Shown in pieces: positions 25,521 through 34,787 of a stretch of DNA of 50,589 nt (positions within the stretch are counted from its first letter, which is position 1; every line of letters begins with the position of its first letter). The stretch comes from a virus. Lineage: Duplodnaviria; Caudoviricetes. The notes under the pieces are model-generated. The model saw only the letters and a list, made by a program, of their open reading frames with translations, did not search any database and was not told the DNA's origin. The translations under genes were made by a program, and so were the position numbers. The DNA is taken from positions 1 through 50,589 of IMG/VR virus record IMGVR_UViG_3300033150_001454; one strand, written 5' to 3'.

Positions 25521-26738
25521 TCACTCTCCTACCTCGTTCAATAGATCTTTGAAGGTCAATGCTTCGTCAGCCTTCTTCCTGATCTCATCAAGATTCACTG
25601 GTTCAAGCCCCTTATCCTTGGGCTGAACGCTCTTCTTGATGATCTCTTCGGCATTCTCAAGTCCGAGTTCCTTAATTATCTCGGCCTTCAGCTTATTGAA
25701 TTCTTCAACAGCCTTGTTGAATTCCTCTTCGCTCTCAAAGTCCTCCTTCTTCGGGTACTTGTAGTAGTAATAGTCTTTCTTCTTTTTCTTCTTGGCTTTT
25801 TCAGCTTCCTCTTCCTCTTCTTTAGGCTTAGGCTCTGCCTTGTTCTTCTTCTTCCATTCGAGAGCGCATTCTTTCATACTCTTCCCTGACTTCATGCAGT
25901 TCTTCATGAAGCTCTTGTAAGACTCCTTGTCAACAACGTCGAGAATTGCCGCAAAGTCCTCAATCTCTTTCTCTAGCTTCTTCTCTTCTTCGGCGCGCAC
26001 AATTACATCGTTGAGCTTGCTGGTAAGTTTCTTGACTTCCTCGATAAGCGCTGTAACTTCCGCTTTCTCGATTTTCTCTTCTTCTTCCTCCATTTTCGAT
26101 CGGTCTTCTTTTAATATGGACGTATTAATAAATGTTTCACCCAGATTTTCGTCCCAATCCTCATTAGCGTTATCTTCTTTTGAGAGGATGAATGCCTTAG
26201 CCTTCGGATTCTTCCCTTCCTCACACGAAGTTATCTCGTAAAGCTCAAGCTTTACTATCTCGGTCCAGCATTTATCATCATCACACCTGACTTCTCGACC
26301 GCCTGGAAGAACCCTCCCTCCTATGCTGAACGACATGAGCTCTCCTTTCTTCATTCTCCCAATGACTTCTCTTCCCGTAACAGTATCATCGAATACTTCT
26401 GCCACTACAAATAAGCCCTTATTATCAACTCCTGACTTCCACACTTTGCCATTCTTATCAACAAATTTAGGAAGCAGTTCTCCTATCTGTATATTCTGAT
26501 GATGAAGCATAAGGTTGCGTCTGGATTTCCTCTTCATCATCCTCTCGAATGCTTCTTTCAGAGCCTCAGGCCTGATCCTCTCATTGTCCTTATCCACAAC
26601 GTCTACTGAGGCATAACCAGCAATGATGAATCTGGACTTCTCACTCTTAAGGATAAAACATGGGGCTGAATAATATACTGCTTCCTGAAAAGCCAGTTCA
26701 GAAGCTTGATCCATGGGCACTAAGACGTACTCGCTCAT
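25521..26738 (-). CDS. Prohead maturation protease fused to a scaffold-like coiled coil
   Basis: IAGYASVDVVDKDNE, HHQN.QIG, SFSIGG, LYEITS...NP.A; charged C-terminal half. Confidence 0.88.
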   Translation of the reverse strand: MSEYVLVPMDQASELAFQEAVYYSAPCFILKSEKSRFIIAGYASVDVVDKDNERIRPEALKEAFERMMKRKSRRNLMLHHQNIQIGELLPKFVDKNGKVWKSGVDNKGLFVVAEVFDDTVTGREVIGRMKKGELMSFSIGGRVLPGGREVRCDDDKCWTEIVKLELYEITSCEEGKNPKAKAFILSKEDNANEDWDENLGETFINTSILKEDRSKMEEEEEKIEKAEVTALIEEVKKLTSKLNDVIVRAEEEKKLEKEIEDFAAILDVVDKESYKSFMKNCMKSGKSMKECALEWKKKNKAEPKPKEEEEEAEKAKKKKKKDYYYYKYPKKEDFESEEEFNKAVEEFNKLKAEIIKELGLENAEEIIKKSVQPKDKGLEPVNLDEIRKKADEALTFKDLLNEVGE

Positions 26739-26740
26739 GC

Positions 26741-29002
26741 TCACCCTCTCACCTGCACTCCTTCCCATTCAATAAATGGTTTAAAGTCAAACTCTCTTTT
26801 AATCCTTTCTATATCCCACACCTTCTTGTCAAACTTAAGTGACTGTATCCTTGCTCCGTGTATCGTACCAGGCCTCGGATATAGACAGATATTAGCCTCA
26901 ACTCCTTCAGGCAGTTCTGGTATCTTATACCGCTTAGCTTTCTCCTCTCCTTCGCATCTCGTAAAGTCTCTTATATCGTGTAAGTGAACCCTGATGAACG
27001 TAGCTTTCTCTTCATATCTCAATTCCTTCTTCATTGATTTAGGCGCTTCTGCTTTGATGCCCAGCTCATTCAGGCGTCTTAATGCATTAGGACCGAACGA
27101 ACCAGCGACTACCTTAGTTACTCGGAATGATGCTATGAATTCAGCCGTTTTAGGGCCAGCAGGCGTCTCATCCTTATGAGGATTCTTGACGATTTTCTCA
27201 CCTATCTTGAAGTACGGTGCTCTCGCAAATACTCGTGATATACTCTCTTTATCCTCTTCTAATGCATAAGCGATCTTCTCCTCTTTCTTCATGCCTGGAA
27301 GTGCGGACTTTATAAATCTCCAAGTCTCACCATCAGACTTCAGCACATAATATCCTTTAAGTGAATCACCATAAAATACGAAGCTTCTAAACAGCTGAGA
27401 CTTCTCTATGAAATCAACCTTGCCTCTATCAAGAACGTAAACGTCAGTCCATACTCCTCCAACCTTTCTCCTGCCTTCAGCCTCCATCCATGTCTTATCA
27501 TAACACTTCTTCAATGTAACGACTTCAGACTCATCAATCTTATATTTCCTAGGATCCTTCTTGAGAGACCACTCGATCAGATAGTCTTCTCCTTCATCTA
27601 TTCTGATGTCGTAATGAGATCCTCCTTTCCACTCATGCTTGTGTAATACGAAGCTTCCCGATGCCTTCTTGATGTTAGACTTACTGAAGGAATAAAGATC
27701 AGAGCCTCTCTCCTCCTGCTCAAGCTTCCAGAACTTGCCCAGCTTGCCAGAGAACGAAAGTATTAATATCTCTTTGCCGTTTTTCCGCCTAGCGTCCACA
27801 TACACTGATCCCTTATCAAGTATCTTAACGTCCGCATTCAGCCTCTTACGAGGGTTGAATAACTCACCAGGTTTCAGCTTGCCTTCAAACTCAAACCATC
27901 TCTTAGGAGCCTGACCTATATACCCAACAACTGTAGGATGTACGTATAAAGGATTATACCACAACTCCCACGTCCTTATCTTATCTCCTTGCTTAATGTT
28001 CAAGAACCAATGCATCACGGGTACGTCTCTGACGACTTTCTGCCCTTTCCAGCTCATCTGCTGTAGAGTATACTGAGCCTCAGCTTTCAACAGCTCCTTA
28101 GTCTCGCCCCATTGCTCCTTAACCCATTCAAGCCATTCCTCAAATCTTTGCCTGTTCTTCTCTATCCACCACTTAGGTATCGGTATGAAGCCCTTAGGAG
28201 GCACCCATCCCGTCTTCTTACCTCTCTTAACTGCATACGGATCTTGATCACGAGGCACCCATCCTTCCCACATCAATTCAAACTTACCTGGCTTAGGCTT
28301 CTTAGTCTCAGGATCTATAACAGCTTGCTTAACTGCTCTCATGTTTATCCTTATCTTCTCAAATGTAAGTTTGTGTTTCTTCTTAGCAATTGAGTCTAAG
28401 AAATACTCGTGATACCAAGGCTTTTGAGCACCGAATGTAATGTACCCCTTATCAACTATCAAGAATCTACCTGGTTCAAATCTGGTCGCCCCTACAGTGC
28501 CAGGTTTAACTTCAAATGTCTCACCTGTATCCATCTTTATGATGAGCTTGTCTAAGTCTGCTTCAACTTCATATGAAGTGCCCACATCAAGTTTCCATAG
28601 TTGATCGAAATGAATGGCTGAGCACGGACCCCACTCTTCCTTCCAGAATAGCCATACTTTAGGTTGTCTAGCCTTAGTCTCACATCTACACTTCTTGTTG
28701 TTCATGCCAGGGACGGGTCTGAACGTCCAATCTAATTTCTCGATGAGAGAAGGAAGCTCATCTACTGTTGGGGCATGGTCTATCTTCGGATTGTCAAGGA
28801 TAGTCCAGCCTACCAAATGATTGTTTACCTCGCATCTAAAATCGAAGTGATGACTACGCCCGCGCCAATGCGATTGTAATACATACCTTACCTTGCCATT
28901 CTTCTCATTCGGAGGAAGCTCTAGGTAGATGGGCTTGCTCCATGGAATCTTAGGCTCTTCCTTCATCAGCAAATCCTGTGTGATTCTCATTCTTCTCGCC
29001 AC
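26741..29002 (-). CDS. Polyprotein: three LigD 3'-phosphoesterase-like repeats, a NifB/NifX-like domain and a C-terminal domain
   Basis: YVLQSHW..RSHHFDFRCE; degenerate YTLQQ..HWFLNI..ILDKG; FVLHKHE..SHYDIRI..VLDRG; ISRVFARAPYF..NP..VVAGSFGPNA..L.ELGI. Confidence 0.75.
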   Translation of the reverse strand: MARRMRITQDLLMKEEPKIPWSKPIYLELPPNEKNGKVRYVLQSHWRGRSHHFDFRCEVNNHLVGWTILDNPKIDHAPTVDELPSLIEKLDWTFRPVPGMNNKKCRCETKARQPKVWLFWKEEWGPCSAIHFDQLWKLDVGTSYEVEADLDKLIIKMDTGETFEVKPGTVGATRFEPGRFLIVDKGYITFGAQKPWYHEYFLDSIAKKKHKLTFEKIRINMRAVKQAVIDPETKKPKPGKFELMWEGWVPRDQDPYAVKRGKKTGWVPPKGFIPIPKWWIEKNRQRFEEWLEWVKEQWGETKELLKAEAQYTLQQMSWKGQKVVRDVPVMHWFLNIKQGDKIRTWELWYNPLYVHPTVVGYIGQAPKRWFEFEGKLKPGELFNPRKRLNADVKILDKGSVYVDARRKNGKEILILSFSGKLGKFWKLEQEERGSDLYSFSKSNIKKASGSFVLHKHEWKGGSHYDIRIDEGEDYLIEWSLKKDPRKYKIDESEVVTLKKCYDKTWMEAEGRRKVGGVWTDVYVLDRGKVDFIEKSQLFRSFVFYGDSLKGYYVLKSDGETWRFIKSALPGMKKEEKIAYALEEDKESISRVFARAPYFKIGEKIVKNPHKDETPAGPKTAEFIASFRVTKVVAGSFGPNALRRLNELGIKAEAPKSMKKELRYEEKATFIRVHLHDIRDFTRCEGEEKAKRYKIPELPEGVEANICLYPRPGTIHGARIQSLKFDKKVWDIERIKREFDFKPFIEWEGVQVRG

Positions 29003-32000
29003 GTGTAATAATATGGTTTTACCCTTCTACACTTATAATAATTAGCCAGCTTACAATCTATTGGATACTTAAGCTCCTCAACTCTTAGCTTCACATCCTT
29101 TGACTTCCACACTCCGTTCACTAATATCTTGATCCGATCCATAAGCGGGCATATGTCTTTATTAAATGCATATTTTTCTGGACATAAAGGTAGTTTTATC
29201 TCAATTATCTCCTCGTCTGCTTTCTCAGTTCGCTCATAAGGTCTCGTCCCAAGCTTCGAAAGCTTCTCTACTACGTCTATAGGATCAGGATCTTTCTTCT
29301 CAGGTCTCCATAATCCTGCTTTCGGAAACATCCATGTGTAAAATATCTTACCGTTCTCTTCGCTTCTCTCTATTCGGATAGGCATGACTGTTAAGATATC
29401 ACCTTCATTCTTCTTGCCTTTTACATTATAAACTGTACCAATTCTTAGGTACTTTCTGCCTTCGAACTCCATAATATCTTGTTCTCTATACTTGTTCAAA
29501 TCCTTCTCAGGTATTGGTCCTACAACACCTTGCCACGTGAACACATCTCTAGTGCCTCTCACAAGATGAGGCTTAAGTACCATTACATCCAATTCCTTAA
29601 GGTTCTTAAGCTTAGCCCAATCCTTATTCCTTGCAGCTCTATCATACCTTATCTTATAGACTGAGTCAGTGGTTTTATATACTGCTCCTTCAGAATTTGG
29701 GAAGTATCTAGCCCACTTCGAGCATTTGAAGAATTCCCTCATGTCGTTTGCCGTCTTTGACTCAACTATATGGAAGTGTTTGCCTTCTTTTAATATCTCT
29801 TTAAGCTTATCATACCTCTCAATCGCAGGCTTCTGCGTAAAGTCTTCTCCATCTACATACAACAGATCATGCACATGAAATATTACTCGTTTATCGTCTA
29901 AGGAAGAAGGCTTAGCTGCGATCCACTTCACTAAGTCCTCTCTCGGTATTTGCCTGTATTTAGTCCATAACTTGTCATTTTCTGGATATTCTAATTTATC
30001 AGAATATTCCACTATCTCAGCCACTAAGATAGCATCCTTAGCTTTCAATAACTTGGGCAATTCCTTAACTGATTCCTTGAAGGCTTTAATCCTGTTTCTC
30101 AACTGATCTTCAGTGAAGAATCCTATTGGCTTACCATCCTTAACATGTATCTGAAAGCTCATTCCGTCATACTTAGGCTGAATCATTATGCCCCTATCTA
30201 TCCTAGAAGCCGCCCACTTAGTCCACGCATTCTCTACTTTCCAGAACTCATTCTTCTGCCATCCCGATTCAGGCTTTTGAGGCTGGGATGGCTTCCCTAT
30301 TCTCAGCGAGCTGTCTTTCTCAAGCTTGCCTTCTCTCGATATGTAGAGCGGAATTGACAGACCTATGCCGCCCCTCGTATCGAATATGAACTCAAGCTTC
30401 TCCCTCACGTCATTCCTCGTACACGCATGTATCAAGGCTCTCTTCACTTCTGGTAAAGGTTTCTCAGAAGCTACCCTGATATCTATGTCGTGATGTGTTA
30501 CCCATCCCCTATTAGCTATACCTCCTACGAGGTATATTGCTGGAACGTCAGCTGGCAGCTTAATAACGTCAGGGAATGAGTCTATGACTTCCTGTAGAGT
30601 GATCTTCTTCTCAGCCTTCTCCCATGGAGGGTACTCCTGTATCCAGAACCTAGCCTCTTGGCTCAGCTCGTCATTTATGTGCCTCTCAATCCCTCTCCTC
30701 TTCATCTCGTTCTCTACGAATATCTCAGCATTCAATAGAGGCTCAGTAACCTTCTTCTTCTCTTCATATATCTTATGCAGTTCTTCGTATAATTCCTTAA
30801 GCTCTTTGTCGCTAAGCTTTTCTACATAATGATCATCTATCTTATCTAGATCTATAGCTTTATGTACTAGTACTGTAGTACTATAATTATCATAAGCCAT
30901 TTCAGCCCCTAATTTAGTCAGCTCTTTATCCAATTTGTCCCCTAATTTGATAGGTTCAGATCCGAAATGAGTGAATATGATTCTCTTTACTCCAGCCTCC
31001 TTACACCACTCGATCTGCTTAGGAATGCCTGCATGACCGATAGCTTCGTCTCTCTTCTCATCCCACCTCACTAATCCATCTTCTCTAAGAGTGGATCCAT
31101 CACCTATGTACAAGTCACAACCAGACAAGAATTTCTTTCTGTGTTCTTCTCGTATACTCAGAACATCAGATGCATAACAGATTCTGTATCCTCCAACTGA
31201 GATGAATAATGCAACGTTAGGAGCTTTCGTAGAATGCAGAACTGGTACAGAAATAACTTCAATATCTCCAACTCTGAATGCACTCCTACGCTTGAACACC
31301 GTCTTATTGAACTTATAATCCTCTTCTTTGTAGTACTCAGAATGAGTTGAAGCATCAGTGATGAATACAGGCACGCCTACCTTCTTGTCTTTAAGACCGA
31401 ATAAGTGATCGGGGTGTGCATGAGTAATTATTATGGCATCACAATCTGGTAAAGCTCCATTCACATCTCCCCAATCAATCAACAGCCTCGTCTTGCCATC
31501 ATCTATCAGCAGAGAAGACCTCTTATTATGCTTCGCTGATTTCTCGTCTACATATCCACGAGTGCCAAGAAACGTCAAAACCACATCAGATTTGCTCAAT
31601 CTTGGTATCTTTATGGGATAATTAGCTATTAATAATTCTCTCTTAGTTGGATAATCGCTCCTTAGGGCTCTCCTCGTTAAGAAGCTCTTTACTTCGAAGC
31701 CTCCTTCCTTGAATAGTTTTCCGATTAATGGATCATCACTAAAACTAAGCAAAAACTTGCCTTTTATCTTCTTACAAGCCTCAAATAACCTCTTCTTGAA
31801 TCGCTCAGGCTCCTCATTCTTTATATCTTCATCCATGTACGGAGGGTCTAAATAGAAGAACGTATCTGAAGAGTCGTATTTCCTTAGGATTTTTTCAAAG
31901 TCTTCATTTTTAATAATAGTATTTTTTAAGCGCTCTCTATAATCCTCAGGTCTCGTCACGTATCCACACTTAGTTCTCTCATCCTTCCTATGTGCAAAGT

Positions 32001-33000
32001 TCTCCATATTCCCTCCATAAGAGTGCATGTTGAGGTATATGAGCTTGTAAGCTTTCTCCACATCTTCTCTAGGATCCAATTTCTTAAGCTTATCGAACTT
32101 CTCTTCGGATGGAGTATAATCCATGCTCTTAAGTTTCTTTAGCTGCTCATCGGATGCATCCCTCAGGAACTTTAATAGAAACACATATCTCTCGTCTATA
32201 TCGTTCAGTACTTCTTTGCTTACAGGTTCCTTCTTCCAGAATAACGAAGCTCCTCCAGCGAATGGTTCTACATAGACCTTATGAGGAGGAATATTCTCCA
32301 AGAAGATCTGCACTTGCCTATCCTTACCGAGAGGATGAGCGAAGGGCTTTTTCATCTTCTTTATCTGAACATCGTTAATCTTCACTTGTGCACCCTGAGG
32401 TCTCACGTATTCCTTAGGCTCTTCAAACTTCTTAAACTTAAACTTGTAGACGTAGTATCGAACCCTGTCACCCCACCAATCCCTCGCCTCCTTATCCGTT
32501 ACAAGATGGTATTTTCTCAAGTTCTGAAATCCATTTTCGTCTACTTCAGCCATCCCTGTAAGGGTGATTATCCCATATACCTTATCGCCGCACAGGTACA
32601 TGGGATGGTGTAGGAGGTTCTCGAACCTGCGAGCTTTGACTATGAGTGTCTTTATGCCTTTCCATATAAGCCGAGCATGAGGCTCTACGAGATAGAGACC
32701 GTCTAAAGCTTTTGAAAGATATATGCCCTTTCTGGACAGCCTTCTTGAAATTTTACGAAAAAGCTCCTTTCCATGCTCATTATACTTCTCAGGATGAAAC
32801 TCTATGCCTCGTTTATGTAATTCTTCAGCTATCTTAGTGGCTATATCTATTATCTCTTTGTATGAATGCTTAAGCCTTTTCCCTTGTTTCTTAGACGAGT
32901 ACCAAGCAAATGCTATCCTGTAGTCGTCCTGAAGTACCTTAGTACTGTACTTATTAGGATTGTACGTACTTATGTCTTGTATTTTAAGTAAGAGACTCAT
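28987..33000 (-). CDS. Polyprotein: ASCH-like, Dam-like N6-adenine methyltransferase, MBL-fold hydrolase, nucleotidyltransferase, ATP-dependent ligase
   Basis: EPHARLIWKGIKT; VEPFAGG and YLDPPY; THAHPDH..HS..THF; LVGG.ANRG...HDIDI; QPKYDG, AEIV, FHVHDLL, EGAVYK, WAKLK. Confidence 0.88.
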   Translation of the reverse strand: MSLLLKIQDISTYNPNKYSTKVLQDDYRIAFAWYSSKKQGKRLKHSYKEIIDIATKIAEELHKRGIEFHPEKYNEHGKELFRKISRRLSRKGIYLSKALDGLYLVEPHARLIWKGIKTLIVKARRFENLLHHPMYLCGDKVYGIITLTGMAEVDENGFQNLRKYHLVTDKEARDWWGDRVRYYVYKFKFKKFEEPKEYVRPQGAQVKINDVQIKKMKKPFAHPLGKDRQVQIFLENIPPHKVYVEPFAGGASLFWKKEPVSKEVLNDIDERYVFLLKFLRDASDEQLKKLKSMDYTPSEEKFDKLKKLDPREDVEKAYKLIYLNMHSYGGNMENFAHRKDERTKCGYVTRPEDYRERLKNTIIKNEDFEKILRKYDSSDTFFYLDPPYMDEDIKNEEPERFKKRLFEACKKIKGKFLLSFSDDPLIGKLFKEGGFEVKSFLTRRALRSDYPTKRELLIANYPIKIPRLSKSDVVLTFLGTRGYVDEKSAKHNKRSSLLIDDGKTRLLIDWGDVNGALPDCDAIIITHAHPDHLFGLKDKKVGVPVFITDASTHSEYYKEEDYKFNKTVFKRRSAFRVGDIEVISVPVLHSTKAPNVALFISVGGYRICYASDVLSIREEHRKKFLSGCDLYIGDGSTLREDGLVRWDEKRDEAIGHAGIPKQIEWCKEAGVKRIIFTHFGSEPIKLGDKLDKELTKLGAEMAYDNYSTTVLVHKAIDLDKIDDHYVEKLSDKELKELYEELHKIYEEKKKVTEPLLNAEIFVENEMKRRGIERHINDELSQEARFWIQEYPPWEKAEKKITLQEVIDSFPDVIKLPADVPAIYLVGGIANRGWVTHHDIDIRVASEKPLPEVKRALIHACTRNDVREKLEFIFDTRGGIGLSIPLYISREGKLEKDSSLRIGKPSQPQKPESGWQKNEFWKVENAWTKWAASRIDRGIMIQPKYDGMSFQIHVKDGKPIGFFTEDQLRNRIKAFKESVKELPKLLKAKDAILVAEIVEYSDKLEYPENDKLWTKYRQIPREDLVKWIAAKPSSLDDKRVIFHVHDLLYVDGEDFTQKPAIERYDKLKEILKEGKHFHIVESKTANDMREFFKCSKWARYFPNSEGAVYKTTDSVYKIRYDRAARNKDWAKLKNLKELDVMVLKPHLVRGTRDVFTWQGVVGPIPEKDLNKYREQDIMEFEGRKYLRIGTVYNVKGKKNEGDILTVMPIRIERSEENGKIFYTWMFPKAGLWRPEKKDPDPIDVVEKLSKLGTRPYERTEKADEEIIEIKLPLCPEKYAFNKDICPLMDRIKILVNGVWKSKDVKLRVEELKYPIDCKLANYYKCRRVKPYYYTWREE

Positions 33001-34535
33001 TATTCAGGCTCACCACGCGTACCGTGAGGCCATCTTTCTACAGTCGTTCCAGCTATCACCTGCTCACTTGCATCACTAACCTTAGGCTTCTGCTTGGCTC
33101 TCCTCTTAGGTCTCTTCTTATCAGGAACTTCAGATAACGTAGGCTCTAAAGGAATAACAAGCTTACCATACTCATTGAATCTCACATCGAATCCCGCACT
33201 CCTCAAAGTCAATAGCGTATTAGCGTCTATCTGTCTTATCTGAGCTTCTCTAAGCGCATCCTTAGCCTCTATAGGATTGAATTTGAATAACCAATCAGTA
33301 ATGCCGAATCTAGGCAGTAAGAAGCTGTTAAACATTTCCTCTTTATCCCTCTGTATCTCCTTGATGGTCCTGTTCTGCACTTCGAGTTTGATGTAAGGTG
33401 CAACCGAAGAGCTTCTTGTGGCTTTCGTGGGCAATCCTAGGAATACTGTCTGCACGCCGAATACTGAGCATATTGACTGGATATAAGTCATGTAGAATTC
33501 GAGGGACTGCATCTCATCAAGTGCTGGCATTGCTCTGATGAACTGTATTGGCTGTTCAGATCCGAGCATAAGCGTCCTTATCGTCTTCTTCGTCCTCATG
33601 ACGCCGCTTACATCTTGCACTTCTCTCCTCTTCAAGTCAGCCTGTATTTCAGCCTGTAATGCTTTTATCTGATCCTTGTTATAGCCCGGAAAGTTGAGTA
33701 TGCCGCCCAATTTTCCTTCGCTGTAAGCATCTAAGTTGTATTCATCCATGACTTTAACAGTGTGTATCAGATCCCATACTGCTATGAGCTTGGGCCTGCC
33801 GTGTAATTCAGGCAGTACCCTTCCAGTAGAACCATGAACCATCCAGTCTTCAGAGGATCTAGCGGTTATATTACCATCTACGACTTGTACGTAAGCCGTT
33901 CGTTCAAGAGGCAATCCGCATTGAGGACAGTTTCCTGGCTTGTCATAGTATGTGTCTGGTGTGTAGCATACGGGACAATAATATTCGTCTATACCGAGTC
34001 TCCCATACTCATCAGCTATAGGTACCCAGTACCGAGAATCCTCTACACGAATTTCTGCTGGTCTTATCTGCAAGTCGCCGTCTTTATCTTTCATCTTGGC
34101 TGGCAGTATGGAGACGTACCAGTCATCGGCTATTACGTCGTGGTAGATCACGCTTCTTAACAAGTCGCCGAAAGAATAATCAGAGTTTGGGTGTTGGATG
34201 AGGCTATCGAAGAGCCTTGCCTGTGCTTGACTGGGTGGTCTCGTCTTACTGCCGCAGATGGGACATTCAGCGATGGATTCCTGAAACTCGGCTTGACACG
34301 CAGTGCACTTGGACTTGAATTTGGGCTCTCGCCTCCATCCAGGTCTCACTACTTCCTGAGTTATGACTCTTACAATAGCTTGGATGAGCCACGATTCCTC
34401 AGCCACTCTGTAGATCATGGGGTAATTCCATTTCGGTATCCTGAGCTGAGGCTCGGGACTGAGATGGTAGGACGGTATTACGGATCTCGTTGACTTCTCG
34501 ATGGCTGTCGGTGGCTTCTCAGTTACCCAAGGCAA
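33000..34535 (-). CDS. Portal protein with two zinc-ribbon insertions
   Basis: Downstream of terminase; HPN, HGRPKL, ICSVFGV..VFLG; CTAC/CPIC and CPVC/CPQC. Confidence 0.85.
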   Translation of the reverse strand: MPWVTEKPPTAIEKSTRSVIPSYHLSPEPQLRIPKWNYPMIYRVAEESWLIQAIVRVITQEVVRPGWRREPKFKSKCTACQAEFQESIAECPICGSKTRPPSQAQARLFDSLIQHPNSDYSFGDLLRSVIYHDVIADDWYVSILPAKMKDKDGDLQIRPAEIRVEDSRYWVPIADEYGRLGIDEYYCPVCYTPDTYYDKPGNCPQCGLPLERTAYVQVVDGNITARSSEDWMVHGSTGRVLPELHGRPKLIAVWDLIHTVKVMDEYNLDAYSEGKLGGILNFPGYNKDQIKALQAEIQADLKRREVQDVSGVMRTKKTIRTLMLGSEQPIQFIRAMPALDEMQSLEFYMTYIQSICSVFGVQTVFLGLPTKATRSSSVAPYIKLEVQNRTIKEIQRDKEEMFNSFLLPRFGITDWLFKFNPIEAKDALREAQIRQIDANTLLTLRSAGFDVRFNEYGKLVIPLEPTLSEVPDKKRPKRRAKQKPKVSDASEQVIAGTTVERWPHGTRGEPE

Positions 34536-34538
34536 TTA

Positions 34539-34709
34539 TTACACCTCTTCCTTCTTCTCCAGAATTATCTCCACTCTTTCTACTTCCAAGGTCTCTGTTA
34601 TATCGATTCCATTAATTAAGACTTTTATGTCTTCTGGTGCAGCATCTATCTTGATATCCAGCGCTTCTACGGTTCCATCTTTATCAGCATAGAATATCCG
34701 TTTTTTCAT
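34539..34709 (-). CDS. Small hypothetical protein (56 aa, not in ORF track)
   Basis: MKKRIFYADK...EKKEEV*; its stop region carries the GAGGTG RBS for the portal. Confidence 0.55.
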   Translation of the reverse strand: MKKRIFYADKDGTVEALDIKIDAAPEDIKVLINGIDITETLEVERVEIILEKKEEV

Positions 34710-34787
34710 ACCTTTCCCTAAACAAAATAATACTTCGTAGATTAAAAGCTTTCTACATATTAATTAATACGATATATTAAATTATTA

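Noticed and set aside
27026-27286. NifB/NifX-like domain as a nitrogen-fixation auxiliary gene
   Set aside because: Isolated small domain inside a polyprotein; the family is widespread in non-diazotrophic archaea; no nif genes present
30860-31590. MBL-fold domain as an antibiotic-resistance beta-lactamase
   Set aside because: LTFLGTRG, HAHPDH and THF pattern fits RNase Z/PhnP-like phosphodiesterases; cytoplasmic context
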